This document shows, in pieces, positions 35,552 to 44,756 of a DNA stretch of 64,000 bases (position 1 is the stretch's first letter; every line of letters starts with the position of its first letter). This DNA comes from a virus, in IMG/VR virus record IMGVR_UViG_3300033066_001842; one strand, given 5' to 3'. The notes under the pieces were generated by a model that saw only the letters and a list, made by a program, of their open reading frames with translations, ran no database searches and was not told the DNA's origin. A program made the position numbers and the translations under genes.

Positions 35552-35929
35552 ATGCTAAGACGTTTTTTCCTAACCCTTCTACCTGCCTCGCTTTTGGCGA
35601 AACCATCCCCCAAAATTTCTACTTTTGAAAAACAATGTAGAATAATTGCATCCGAAAAATTAAAATTTCTTCGGGAAAATGTAACTCAACCGTTAGCTAT
35701 TAACGAACATAGATGGTTTACAAATTCTAAATACATTATATGTTATGAAATGTTTTTAGATGGAACAATCTGTTTACCCAATCCGGCAGGTTTAAAAGGC
35801 ACACAAATAGTTTGTTACGAATGTCCTAGTGATGAATCTAGAAAAAATTTTATCAACCTCTTAATCCTCACCAAGGGTCAATATAATACAGGGCGGTATT
35901 GCATCTTCGAAACTTCCGAATTTCTCTAA
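35552..35929 (+). CDS. secreted hypothetical protein inside the tRNA cluster
   Basis: signal-like MLRRFFLTLLPASLLAKPS; 125 aa, 5 Cys. Confidence 0.4.
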   Translation: MLRRFFLTLLPASLLAKPSPKISTFEKQCRIIASEKLKFLRENVTQPLAINEHRWFTNSKYIICYEMFLDGTICLPNPAGLKGTQIVCYECPSDESRKNFINLLILTKGQYNTGRYCIFETSEFL

Positions 35930-36171
35930 AAATGACACAATTAGAACAAATTATAGAATGGCAAGAACGTCTTGATAAGATACATCTTGCCCTATATCCT
36001 GTTTCTAAAGTGACGCCTATACCTGCCTTTAAAAATATAAACGATATCAAAGCTCTCCCCATATGGAAAATTAAAAAACTATATGGGGAAATTTTCTGTG
36101 CTTACTGTGAATCTGATAAAATCCTCAAACGAGACTCCTGCTCCAACTGTGGGGCTCCATACAACCATTGA
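35899..36171 (+). CDS. zinc-ribbon small protein
   Basis: CAYCESD...CSNCG. Confidence 0.3.
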   Translation: MHLRNFRISLKMTQLEQIIEWQERLDKIHLALYPVSKVTPIPAFKNINDIKALPIWKIKKLYGEIFCAYCESDKILKRDSCSNCGAPYNH

Positions 36172-36209
36172 CTACCTTATCAATAAATGATATAATCTTT
36201 ATATGGAAG

Positions 36210-36301
36210 GTGGGCTGCAATGGTGCGGAAACTGTCTTGAAAACAGTCCTATGTAGCGATCACTGCATAAGGGTTCGATTCCTTCACCTTCCTCCATTTT
36301 A
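36210..36301 (+). tRNA. tRNA-Ser(UGA)
   Basis: 92 nt with long variable arm; perfect acceptor GGAAGGT/ACCTTCC, perfect anticodon stem ACTGT/ACAGT loop CTTGAAA, CCA encoded. Confidence 0.65.
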
Positions 36302-36452
36302 TTTATGAAATATGATAAGGTCCATACTATAAATTGGAAAGTTATTGAAAAACAAATTGGAAAACCAAAAACAATTGACGACTATAGAAGGACTTATAAA
36401 ATAATTAACGGTAAATTAGTAGAGACTACTCCCGATTTACCCCACAAAACTT

Positions 36453-36530
36453 TGGCCTCCTAGCTCCAATCGGTAGAGGCAACGGACTTAAAATCCGTAC
36501 AGTCTGGGTTCGAATCCCAGGGGGGCTACC
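36453..36530 (+). tRNA. tRNA with Leu anticodon UAA but short (5-nt) variable region
   Basis: acceptor GGCCTCC/GGGGGCT (2 G·U), perfect anticodon stem ACGGA/TCCGT loop CTTAAAA, T-arm CTGGG-TTCGAAT-CCCAG, discriminator A73, CCA encoded. Confidence 0.5.
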
Positions 36531-36554
36531 ATTTTTGTTGTAAACTAAATATAT

Positions 36555-36630
36555 GGCGCGTTGATGTAATTGGCAACCATACCAGTCTTAGAAACTGTTT
36601 TTATAGGTTCGAATCCTATACGCGCCACCA
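36555..36630 (+). tRNA. tRNA with Leu anticodon UAG but short (5-nt) variable region
   Basis: perfect acceptor GGCGCGT/ACGCGCC, anticodon loop CTTAGAA (4 bp plus one mismatch in the stem), T-arm ATAGG-TTCGAAT-CCTAT, A73, CCA encoded. Confidence 0.5.
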
Positions 36631-36633
36631 ATT

Positions 36634-36725
36634 CCCCGTTGGGAGGATGGCTCCTCAAGCGGCTTTATAATCCGTCACACCAGATCAGTGTCTAGAACGT
36701 AGTTCGATTCTACGGGCGGGGACCA
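36634..36725 (+). tRNA. aberrant 92-nt type-II-like tRNA with a 9-nt anticodon loop CUUUAUAAU
   Basis: acceptor CCCCGTT/GGCGGGG (2 G·U), D-stem GGAG/CTCC, 4-bp anticodon stem GCGG/CCGT closing a 9-nt loop, variable stem-loop ACAC-CAGATCA-GTGT, perfect T-arm CGTAG-TTCGATT-CTACG, A73, CCA encoded. Confidence 0.35.
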
Positions 36726-36772
36726 ATTTTCTGTCCGAAAAATGTATACAAATTTCCATCAAGGATAAAAAA

Positions 36773-37639
36773 ATGCAATTCCATTATGCCGTCTATTTCT
36801 ATGTCGGCTTTTCTGGACATTCCCCACACAGCAGCTTTAAACATTCTGCTGGTGAAATCCACATTAACTTAGACAAACCCCGTATTGAAAAAGAATTAGA
36901 ACGCAACAATATGGGTATCCTCATAATGGCACGCCTAACCTCCTCTGACGCCATTATGGAAACCATCGGCCTCCTAAACGCCCTAGAACATACATTTCCC
37001 TCTGAAAGAGTGGATCTCTTCATCCCCTATTATCCCTATTCCCGCGCTGACCGCGTAATCGGAAATGGTGGCGGGGATTCTTTTGGCGTAGAAATCATTA
37101 CCAACCTTTTTTCCGATGAAATTTGTCCTAACATTGGAAAAATTATCACCCTGGACACCCATTCTGCCGTTTCTCATTCCGTAGTAGATTCAGATATCCT
37201 CTGTCACTACGAATTATTCCAAGAATCAGGAATTAATATCCCCGTCCACGCCAACATTATTACCGTAGCTCCCGACAAAGGCGCTTCCAATCGTGCTTCC
37301 GTCTTTGCATCCTGTCTCAAAACAGGTTTAATCACTGCTTCCAAAGAACGCGATCTTGGTGGCCACATCTCCTATTACAAAGTTCCAGAAAACCTCCCCT
37401 CCAACGCCTACTACATCGTAATCGATGATATCTGTGATGGGGGCGCAACCTTCAATCTATTAGCAAAAAGTTTGCCCCAAAATGCTAAAAAAATTCTAAT
37501 CGTAACACACGGCATTTTTTCCCAAGGTGTAAATGCTATTCATGGTTATGATTATATTGTTACAACAAATTCAATTCATGATTTTCCAGCAACTTCAAAA
37601 AACTTTATTGTAAAGGATCTTACGAAATGTCTTGTGTAA
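36773..37639 (+). CDS. prs: ribose-phosphate pyrophosphokinase (PRPP synthetase)
   Basis: FIPYYPYSRADR (cf. Prs PYFGYARQDR) and PRPP-binding YIVIDDICDGGATF (cf. VDDIIDTGGT). Confidence 0.65.
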   Translation: MQFHYAVYFYVGFSGHSPHSSFKHSAGEIHINLDKPRIEKELERNNMGILIMARLTSSDAIMETIGLLNALEHTFPSERVDLFIPYYPYSRADRVIGNGGGDSFGVEIITNLFSDEICPNIGKIITLDTHSAVSHSVVDSDILCHYELFQESGINIPVHANIITVAPDKGASNRASVFASCLKTGLITASKERDLGGHISYYKVPENLPSNAYYIVIDDICDGGATFNLLAKSLPQNAKKILIVTHGIFSQGVNAIHGYDYIVTTNSIHDFPATSKNFIVKDLTKCLV

Positions 37640-39078
37640 ACCCTCTCCTCCATACTGATGTTTACAAGATGGGCCACATGGAGCAATATGCCCCTGGAAC
37701 TACCCGTATATATTCCAACATCGTAACCCGTTCCGCAAGAAAATATCCCGCCGTCCTAAATTTCGGAACACAATACTATCTTTCCGAATATCTTTCCAAA
37801 CCAATTACCAAAGCCCATGTGGACGAATTTCTCGACCTAAACAATCGTATCCTTTCCTCCACATCCAACGAAGTTTACACCAAATTACGCGCCCTTGAAA
37901 AATTAGGCTTCGTTCCCCTAATCATCAAAGCTTTACCAGAAGGTAACGTTTACCCAATTGGGACACCCCTTCTCACAGCTACAAACCATCCTGACTATCC
38001 AGAATTCGCGTGGACTGTCGGATTTTACGAAAGCTTACTTCTAAAAATCTGGAACACTTGTACCGTAGCCACTTTTTCGCGCAAACTAAAACAACTGTGC
38101 TACCTTTACGCCGACCTAACCTGTGATTCCAATCTCCATGTGGATTACCAAGTTCACGACTTCGGCTATCGTGGCTGCTCATCTGAAGAAACTGCCGCAA
38201 TCTCCGGTATGTCTCACCTAGTAAATTTTCTAGGCACAGATACCGTTCTCGCCGTAAAATACGCCAAAGACTACTATTACGCAACGGACCCAATCGGTCT
38301 ATCTGTCCCTGCATCCGAACATTCTGTAATGTGTTCTTTTGGCCCAACCAACGAAATCGATGCATTCCGCCACATGCTTAAAACATATCCTACTGGAATT
38401 GTTTCAATCGTGTGTGACACCTACAACATTTGGAAAGTTCTTTCAGAATTCGTACCCCTTCTGAAAGACGAAATTCTTGCGCGTAACGGAAAAGTAGTAT
38501 TTCGCCCCGACTCAGGCGACCAAGAAAAAATCCTTTGTGGAAACCCTGACGCTTCCGACCCTCTAGAAAAGAAAGGTGTCTTCCAACTCCTCTTCGAACA
38601 ATTTGGTGAATTTCCAAACAAAAAAGGATATCGCACCCTCCACCCAAAAGTGGGTGTTGTCTATGGTGACGGATTCTACTACGATAAATTCCACACGGTT
38701 TTCAACCGGATGAAAACTGACAAAATCTCCTCAGCCGAACTAACAGTAGGGGTTGGCGGAATTTTGCTCCAACAACACAACCGCGATGATATGGGTTTTT
38801 CCATGAAAGCCACCTATATCGAACAAAACGGTAACGGCGTAAACATCTTTAAAGACCCAATTACCGATCCTGGCAAAAAATCCCTCAAAGGACTGCTCTC
38901 CGTAACCCAAGAACCCTACCATGGGGGCTATACTTGGAAAACCAACCAAGAAATCACATGGGAACAAGAGAAAAGAGGGGCTTTACAGGTGGTCTTTAAT
39001 CGTGGTAAACTATTAAATCAGACTACTTTTGATGAAATTCGCAAAAGGGCCGATTCCTCAATCGTTAAAAGATATTAA
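37627..39078 (+). CDS. nadV: nicotinamide phosphoribosyltransferase (NadV/NAMPT-like)
   Basis: 483 aa, the size expected for NadV; HDFGYRG motif of the NAPRTase/NAMPT family; sits immediately downstream of prs, whose product PRPP is its co-substrate. Confidence 0.6.
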   Translation: MSCVNPLLHTDVYKMGHMEQYAPGTTRIYSNIVTRSARKYPAVLNFGTQYYLSEYLSKPITKAHVDEFLDLNNRILSSTSNEVYTKLRALEKLGFVPLIIKALPEGNVYPIGTPLLTATNHPDYPEFAWTVGFYESLLLKIWNTCTVATFSRKLKQLCYLYADLTCDSNLHVDYQVHDFGYRGCSSEETAAISGMSHLVNFLGTDTVLAVKYAKDYYYATDPIGLSVPASEHSVMCSFGPTNEIDAFRHMLKTYPTGIVSIVCDTYNIWKVLSEFVPLLKDEILARNGKVVFRPDSGDQEKILCGNPDASDPLEKKGVFQLLFEQFGEFPNKKGYRTLHPKVGVVYGDGFYYDKFHTVFNRMKTDKISSAELTVGVGGILLQQHNRDDMGFSMKATYIEQNGNGVNIFKDPITDPGKKSLKGLLSVTQEPYHGGYTWKTNQEITWEQEKRGALQVVFNRGKLLNQTTFDEIRKRADSSIVKRY

Positions 39079-39083
39079 TTTTT

Positions 39084-39159
39084 GCTTGGGAGGCTGAAGA
39101 GTGGAGGCACCGCCCTTACAAGACGGCTAAAGTGGGTTCAACTCCCACCCCAAGTACCA
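39084..39159 (+). tRNA. tRNA-Val(UAC)
   Basis: acceptor GCTTGGG/CCCAAGT (G·U at 1-72), anticodon loop CTTACAA (stem has one C·A), T-arm GTGGG-TTCAACT-CCCAC, CCA encoded. Confidence 0.55.
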
Positions 39160-39354
39160 AATTTAGGGTGTTTTTAGCCATTTCACCCTAATTTATGGTG
39201 GTTTTGATGGAATTCCACCTATTTAACCTCAGGAGAGGGCCTACTTTCGTAGGTTTTCCTCTTCTGGGGTCTTTTTTTGTGTCTCAACCCATCTTAGCAT
39301 ACTTCATAAATTTGATATAATGAAATTATATTAAAGCAATTTAGTATAGAAAGG

Positions 39355-39585
39355 TTGGGTAACGTAATAGCATCTTATAATATTACAATTACAGACGACG
39401 GAAGTGGGAATTTTACTCCGGTAGCCCGTAGAGGGGGAACTGCCGCATCAGGTGGAACAGCTTTAACGATTCCCGTTTCAGAAAACTCGGATGGTTCTTT
39501 TGGCTCAAACGCAACTAAACTCCTAGGTAAAGCTGTTATGGCTGCTTTAGCTGCTTGCCAAAATGATCGCTCAGTTAATGGTTAA
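39355..39585 (+). CDS. hypothetical small protein (first gene of the virion block)
   Basis: 76 aa, G/S/T-rich. Confidence 0.35.
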   Translation: MGNVIASYNITITDDGSGNFTPVARRGGTAASGGTALTIPVSENSDGSFGSNATKLLGKAVMAALAACQNDRSVNG

Positions 39586-39671
39586 AAGTAAATAGAAAGA
39601 AAGAAGTAGTAACTTAGGCCCCTGGAAGAAATTCTGGGGGCTTTTTTTATTTATTCGTGTAAAATAGAAGT

Positions 39672-40574
39672 ATGGGATGGAAAGATTCAGGCGGTCCAAT
39701 AATTAACGCAACATTTACAGCTTCAAATAAAGTTGATATTGTTGACAATTTAAAAAATCAACTTGTAAATGCTACATGGACAGTAACTAGCGGCTCCTCA
39801 GGTGATTGGATTTTGACAAGTGCGACAACTCCACAATCTCTTGGATGCCGCATTCGAGTTTATGATCCAGGTGGGGTAACAAACTGTGCGCGTGTAAACG
39901 TCCGTAACCAAACAGGATCTCTCGTAGGAACCTCCGATCTATTCGTATACCCTTCTGGAAACGCTTTTCGTATAATTGCGAATCCATACCAGTTTTTCAT
40001 GCAAGAGGACAATGCCCCAACTGCTACTAATCGACGTGATTTCGCGGCTGTAGGGGCTCCATGGGTTCCAACCTTCCCAGGTATCACTGACTGCGTGTGG
40101 TCTTCTTCACGCTGCTGGAATGATACAACAAATGCAGATTTTGCATCTTTCCGCCAACGTTTAAATCAATGTGCTACTGGTATTTCCAACACTGGAAACT
40201 ATGTAACAATTCTTAACGGATCTACGGTAAACGCAAACGCAACCTTCTTAGCTAATGATCCTGGAATTCTTGGTTTCCGTATCGGAACTTCCAGTTACTT
40301 AGAAAGTGATGCTATTGACGCAAACTTTGGGCAAAAATGGTTTGACAATACAATCCTTATGGACACCCCTTACATTTGCTTTGGGCAAACAGGTTCAACC
40401 GACCCTGGAACCATTAACGGTGTGGTATGGGATACAGTACTTGTAGAAGGTGCTTATGCCTATGGCGAAACTTTCACCTTTGATTCAAAGCAATGGTTTG
40501 CTATTACACACAACAATTCAGCATCTTCGGGTGATAAGAATCCTGGCGGAACTTTATTTGCGAGAATTACCTAA
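39672..40574 (+). CDS. putative virion/fiber protein
   Basis: 300 aa, T/S/N-rich, followed by paralogous small domain proteins. Confidence 0.4.
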   Translation: MGWKDSGGPIINATFTASNKVDIVDNLKNQLVNATWTVTSGSSGDWILTSATTPQSLGCRIRVYDPGGVTNCARVNVRNQTGSLVGTSDLFVYPSGNAFRIIANPYQFFMQEDNAPTATNRRDFAAVGAPWVPTFPGITDCVWSSSRCWNDTTNADFASFRQRLNQCATGISNTGNYVTILNGSTVNANATFLANDPGILGFRIGTSSYLESDAIDANFGQKWFDNTILMDTPYICFGQTGSTDPGTINGVVWDTVLVEGAYAYGETFTFDSKQWFAITHNNSASSGDKNPGGTLFARIT

Positions 40575-41198
40575 ATGGGATTTGAAGTACAAAGATATCT
40601 TTTCGATGCACAAACCGTAAACACTGATACCGACATTCCAATTACAACAACTGGAACTGTAGCTGGAGACGATGTTGTTGGGGCGGATTTTGTCATTGGA
40701 TCAATTGTACCTCTCGTAGCTTGGGCATTTGATACTATGTGTGATTGTCCACAATACCCATCTACATCTACAACAACTCCTCCATTTCCACCAGTATATC
40801 CAATCCTATTCTCCTCAGATCTTATCTATGGGCGTGAAAATTTCTCTGCCGAACTAAAAATGATTCGTGGCGACACCTACGGACGTACCCTTATTGTATT
40901 CCAGGACGGCCAATATTTCGATCTTTCAGAATGCTCTGTCCGTATGACATTTAAATGGCACTACGATGATAGTGATGGTGACGCTTTTCTAATCCTAACT
41001 GAAGGTGACGGAATTACCGTAAACGATCCTACGAATGGTCAATTCCAATTTGTAATCCAACCAGAAGATACCGAAAGTTTAGAACCTCGAAAAATTGAAC
41101 TAGTCTATGATGCCCAAGTGGTAGACAATCTTGGAAACGTCTATACAGTTTCTTACGGAAAATTAACTATTATACCGGATGTTACAATTACAACATGA
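40575..41198 (+). CDS. putative virion protein with duplicated domain
   Basis: C-terminal half (MIRGDTYGRTLIV...YGKLTIIPDVTITT) is paralogous to the next gene (MYRGDTLPFRVTV...GFLNVNPDVSITT). Confidence 0.4.
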   Translation: MGFEVQRYLFDAQTVNTDTDIPITTTGTVAGDDVVGADFVIGSIVPLVAWAFDTMCDCPQYPSTSTTTPPFPPVYPILFSSDLIYGRENFSAELKMIRGDTYGRTLIVFQDGQYFDLSECSVRMTFKWHYDDSDGDAFLILTEGDGITVNDPTNGQFQFVIQPEDTESLEPRKIELVYDAQVVDNLGNVYTVSYGKLTIIPDVTITT

Positions 41199-41551
41199 CA
41201 CGTCGCAACCTAGAAATGTACAGAGGAGATACACTCCCGTTCCGAGTAACTGTAACCAATGTGGGCGAACCTGTAAACCTATCAGGTTGCACTTTCACAA
41301 TGACCGCAAAATATGACATCAGTGATACCGATGCAAATGCTGTGTTTTCAATAACTTCACCAGCATACATTGTTATTACCGATGCCATTAACGGTATTAT
41401 TTCCGTCACAATTCCCCCTTCGGCAACAACTTCATTACCACCCCGCAAAGTACAACTATACTATGATATCCAAATGATTGACGGGGCTAACATTTATACT
41501 GTAACTTCTGGATTTTTAAATGTAAATCCTGACGTAAGTATTACAACTTAA
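41195..41551 (+). CDS. putative virion protein (paralogue of the 40575..41198 C-terminal domain)
   Basis: shared RGDT...PDV[ST]ITT termini; 4-nt overlap with the upstream gene. Confidence 0.4.
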   Translation: MTRRNLEMYRGDTLPFRVTVTNVGEPVNLSGCTFTMTAKYDISDTDANAVFSITSPAYIVITDAINGIISVTIPPSATTSLPPRKVQLYYDIQMIDGANIYTVTSGFLNVNPDVSITT

Positions 41552-41590
41552 ATTTGATATAATCATTATGAAAGGTATTTTATAAAATAA

Positions 41591-41881
41591 ATGGCGCAAT
41601 CTATCGGCCCAAATTATGCATACTCAGGACAACAAACTGTCACTTCAGCAACTATTGGTTCTATTACAAACGCAACAGGAACAGACGTAAGTTTAACTGT
41701 CCCCGTTTGGATTGATACTTCCTACGTCCCTTATGTAACTGTGGGTTCTCTGGATGCAGGATTAACAATTGGGCCAGCTTGGGTATCAGCGGCAGGAACA
41801 GTAAAAATTCGAATTTCTAATATTTCAGCATCCCCAATTACACCTGCGGCTTCTCTTGTTTTTAACGTGGTAATTCTATAA
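41591..41881 (+). CDS. hypothetical virion protein
   Basis: 96 aa. Confidence 0.35.
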   Translation: MAQSIGPNYAYSGQQTVTSATIGSITNATGTDVSLTVPVWIDTSYVPYVTVGSLDAGLTIGPAWVSAAGTVKIRISNISASPITPAASLVFNVVIL

Positions 41882-41882
41882 T

Positions 41883-42251
41883 ATGTCAAACGCAAAAAAC
41901 GTTAATTCAAATTATGTTTTTCGCTTACTCAGTTTAGCTTCTACTAACTCAAACTTAGTAAGTGCTTACCCTGTTATAGTTAATGCCATTTCTGTATCAA
42001 ATATCAATGCGGCTGTAGCTTATCTGAAACTTTACAACAAAGCTACGGCCCCCACAGTTGGAACTGACACCCCGGTAGTAACTCTCTTAGTTCCAGGAGC
42101 CACAACAGGAAGTACTCTAAACATTGCAATTCCCAATGGGCTTTATTTTGATGCAGGATTAGGGCTTGGCCTAACTACAGCTTTGGCGGATAACTCAACT
42201 GCTGCTGTAGCTGCGAATGAAGTTGTTGTAAATCTTTTTTACGGAAAGTAA
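41883..42251 (+). CDS. hypothetical virion protein
   Basis: 122 aa. Confidence 0.35.
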   Translation: MSNAKNVNSNYVFRLLSLASTNSNLVSAYPVIVNAISVSNINAAVAYLKLYNKATAPTVGTDTPVVTLLVPGATTGSTLNIAIPNGLYFDAGLGLGLTTALADNSTAAVAANEVVVNLFYGK

Positions 42252-42257
42252 TAAAAT

Positions 42258-42914
42258 ATGGCTGGTTTTACAAATTATTTAGAGGGAAAAGTTTTAGACC
42301 TTATTTTCGGAGCAACTGCATATTCCGTTCCTGGAACATTGTATGCTGCTCTTTTTACTACATGCCCTCTAGATGATGGAACAGGCGGAACTGAAGTTTC
42401 CGGTGGTTCTTATGCACGTGTGGCCATAACCAACAACACAACCAATTTCCCGAGCGCAACCCTTGGCAATCCTTCTACAAAATCAAATGGAACAGTAATT
42501 ACATTCCCCACAGCTACGGCTAACTGGGGAACTGTAATTGGTATGGGTTTCTATGATGCGTCATCATCTGGAAACTTATTAGCTTGGTCGCCTCTCACAG
42601 GAACATCTTATGCTTATACTGCCGCAACTTCAGATACGTTTACCGCCCCTGGTAGCACTTTTTCGAATACGGACACAGTACGCCTATTATTCGACTTAGG
42701 CGGAACTACTCCTACAGGTGTAAATACAACCACAACATATTACATCATTTCAGCCTCAGGAGCTACATTCCAACTATCTCTAACTTCAGGTGGGGCGGCT
42801 GTAGATATTACTGCTGCGGGTTCTGGGCGCATTGCCCTTCTAACTTCAAAAACAATTCAGAATGGAGACACAGCTTCGTTTGCGGTTAGCGCTGTAACGA
42901 TTGCTCTAGACTAA
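42258..42914 (+). CDS. hypothetical virion protein
   Basis: 218 aa, T/S/G-rich. Confidence 0.4.
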   Translation: MAGFTNYLEGKVLDLIFGATAYSVPGTLYAALFTTCPLDDGTGGTEVSGGSYARVAITNNTTNFPSATLGNPSTKSNGTVITFPTATANWGTVIGMGFYDASSSGNLLAWSPLTGTSYAYTAATSDTFTAPGSTFSNTDTVRLLFDLGGTTPTGVNTTTTYYIISASGATFQLSLTSGGAAVDITAAGSGRIALLTSKTIQNGDTASFAVSAVTIALD

Positions 42915-43399
42915 TGGCTGGAAATATTCTTGAAAAGTTTGGCTCAAGTGGTCAAACAATTACATGCTCAATAGCTTCTCTAACTAATAACTCTGCGCGT
43001 CAATCCACAGTTATTGATAACAGTTCTAACCTATATATCGATGCCTTAGTCTTTATCCAAATTGCGTCTCCCTCTGCTTCTACATCCGCTTCAGGATTTG
43101 TGGAAGTATTTGCTTATGGTACCGTAAACGGCGGAACAACTTACACAGAAGGTTGTTCTGGTACCGATGGCTCCCTAACAATGGTTTCTCCCACAAACTT
43201 ACGCCCTCTTGGAATTGTAAACGTTGTGGCAAACTCAACTACATATTACGGTGGCCCTTTTTCTGTAGCCCAAGCTTTTGGTGGAATTCTCCCTGAAAAG
43301 TGGGGAATCGTTCTTCGTAATTCAACAGGTGGAACTCTCAATTCAACTGAGGGTAACCACGCAAAACTATATCAAGGTGTATACGCCCAGTATACATAA
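42914..43399 (+). CDS. hypothetical virion protein
   Basis: 161 aa. Confidence 0.4.
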   Translation: MAGNILEKFGSSGQTITCSIASLTNNSARQSTVIDNSSNLYIDALVFIQIASPSASTSASGFVEVFAYGTVNGGTTYTEGCSGTDGSLTMVSPTNLRPLGIVNVVANSTTYYGGPFSVAQAFGGILPEKWGIVLRNSTGGTLNSTEGNHAKLYQGVYAQYT

Positions 43400-43408
43400 G
43401 GTGTTCTT

Positions 43409-44740
43409 ATGTATATTAGACGCAACTATCCTACAACAAAACCTCTCAATACGGCAACAATTAACCGTACTGCGAAAATTTCACAAAATCTTATTGCTGC
43501 TTACGCTCTAAATCAAGGGGGTGGAAACACACTATATGATCTTGCTGGAAACAATAACATTACTAATTTTTTGCCTGCGGGTGGAGGTTCAGCAACTTGG
43601 AATTCCGGTAAAGTAGCTTTAGACCAATCAACTGGCGGTTGGGCTTTAGCAAGTGATGTTTTTAAAATAAATCCCCCAGTTACAATTGCTTGGTATGGAT
43701 ACATGGTATCTACTCCAGGAAATTTTATTGGATTATTTGGGGCGGATTATGACAATGTGGGTAGCAATCCGTTTACCGCTTATCACATGGTTACTGACAA
43801 TACAGGAAAAATTGCTGGATATTTTAATCGTTCAGGTTCTTTTACTGCTATTATTGGCGGAACTTCAACTTCATCTCTAGTTAACCCAACTAAACCACTT
43901 TTTGTATTATTTACAGGAACAAATAACGATCAACGTCTTTATATTAATAATTATCAAGACGCGGCAAACTCTTTTACCTGGACAGGTATTAACTACAGTG
44001 CTACAACACGTATGGGATTTACAATCCCAACTACCACAACCCAACCAGCCGGATCATGTTTTCAAGGTATTTGGGGCTTAGCGTGGAATCGTCTTTTCTC
44101 CAAAGAAGATGCTCTAGAGCTATACCAAAATCCCTACTCGTGGATGAATCCACAAAGAAGCCCTATCTTCTATTCCATCCCTGGAGTAGCAGGGGCTCAA
44201 ATTGCATTAGCTGGCCTTAGTGAAAGTGCTACGGGAATTGCAGCTTTTGTTTCTGTTTCTAAAACTCTTACCGCCCAACCACAAAGTGCTTCTGGTATTT
44301 CTGCCGCCCTACGTGGTAACCTCCAACTAGCATCAATTATTGATAGCGCTACTGGTATCGACGTACTTCTATACCGTGATACAACCATTGGTTCCGTATC
44401 TCTTCAAAGTGCCTCAACCCTTTCTGTACCTAAACTCTATGCTGCCTATAACTTACCATCTGCAACCCTAAGTAGTGCTTCAACAATTAGCGCCCGTTTA
44501 GGATTACTTCAAGCCCTAACCGTAAATCTGGGTTCACAAAGCGGACTTTTAAGCGGACTTTCTTCACAATTTATTGGGGGTCTAGCTGCGTTTTCTATCC
44601 AGATCCAACCTCTAAGTCCCGTAGCTGCGCTAGATACAGGCAGACGCCCAATCGCCATCATTTCCGCCAATTCGGACAATGAAGCGGCCATCAACCCCAA
44701 TTTACCTAATGAATCTCCTGACGATAATACGTGGTTTTAA
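43409..44740 (+). CDS. putative tail fiber/receptor-binding protein
   Basis: 443 aa; C-terminal region carries repeated SASGISAAL/SATGIDVLL/SASTLSVP-type units. Confidence 0.4.
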   Translation: MYIRRNYPTTKPLNTATINRTAKISQNLIAAYALNQGGGNTLYDLAGNNNITNFLPAGGGSATWNSGKVALDQSTGGWALASDVFKINPPVTIAWYGYMVSTPGNFIGLFGADYDNVGSNPFTAYHMVTDNTGKIAGYFNRSGSFTAIIGGTSTSSLVNPTKPLFVLFTGTNNDQRLYINNYQDAANSFTWTGINYSATTRMGFTIPTTTTQPAGSCFQGIWGLAWNRLFSKEDALELYQNPYSWMNPQRSPIFYSIPGVAGAQIALAGLSESATGIAAFVSVSKTLTAQPQSASGISAALRGNLQLASIIDSATGIDVLLYRDTTIGSVSLQSASTLSVPKLYAAYNLPSATLSSASTISARLGLLQALTVNLGSQSGLLSGLSSQFIGGLAAFSIQIQPLSPVAALDTGRRPIAIISANSDNEAAINPNLPNESPDDNTWF

Positions 44741-44756
44741 CTGTTAAAATATATGT

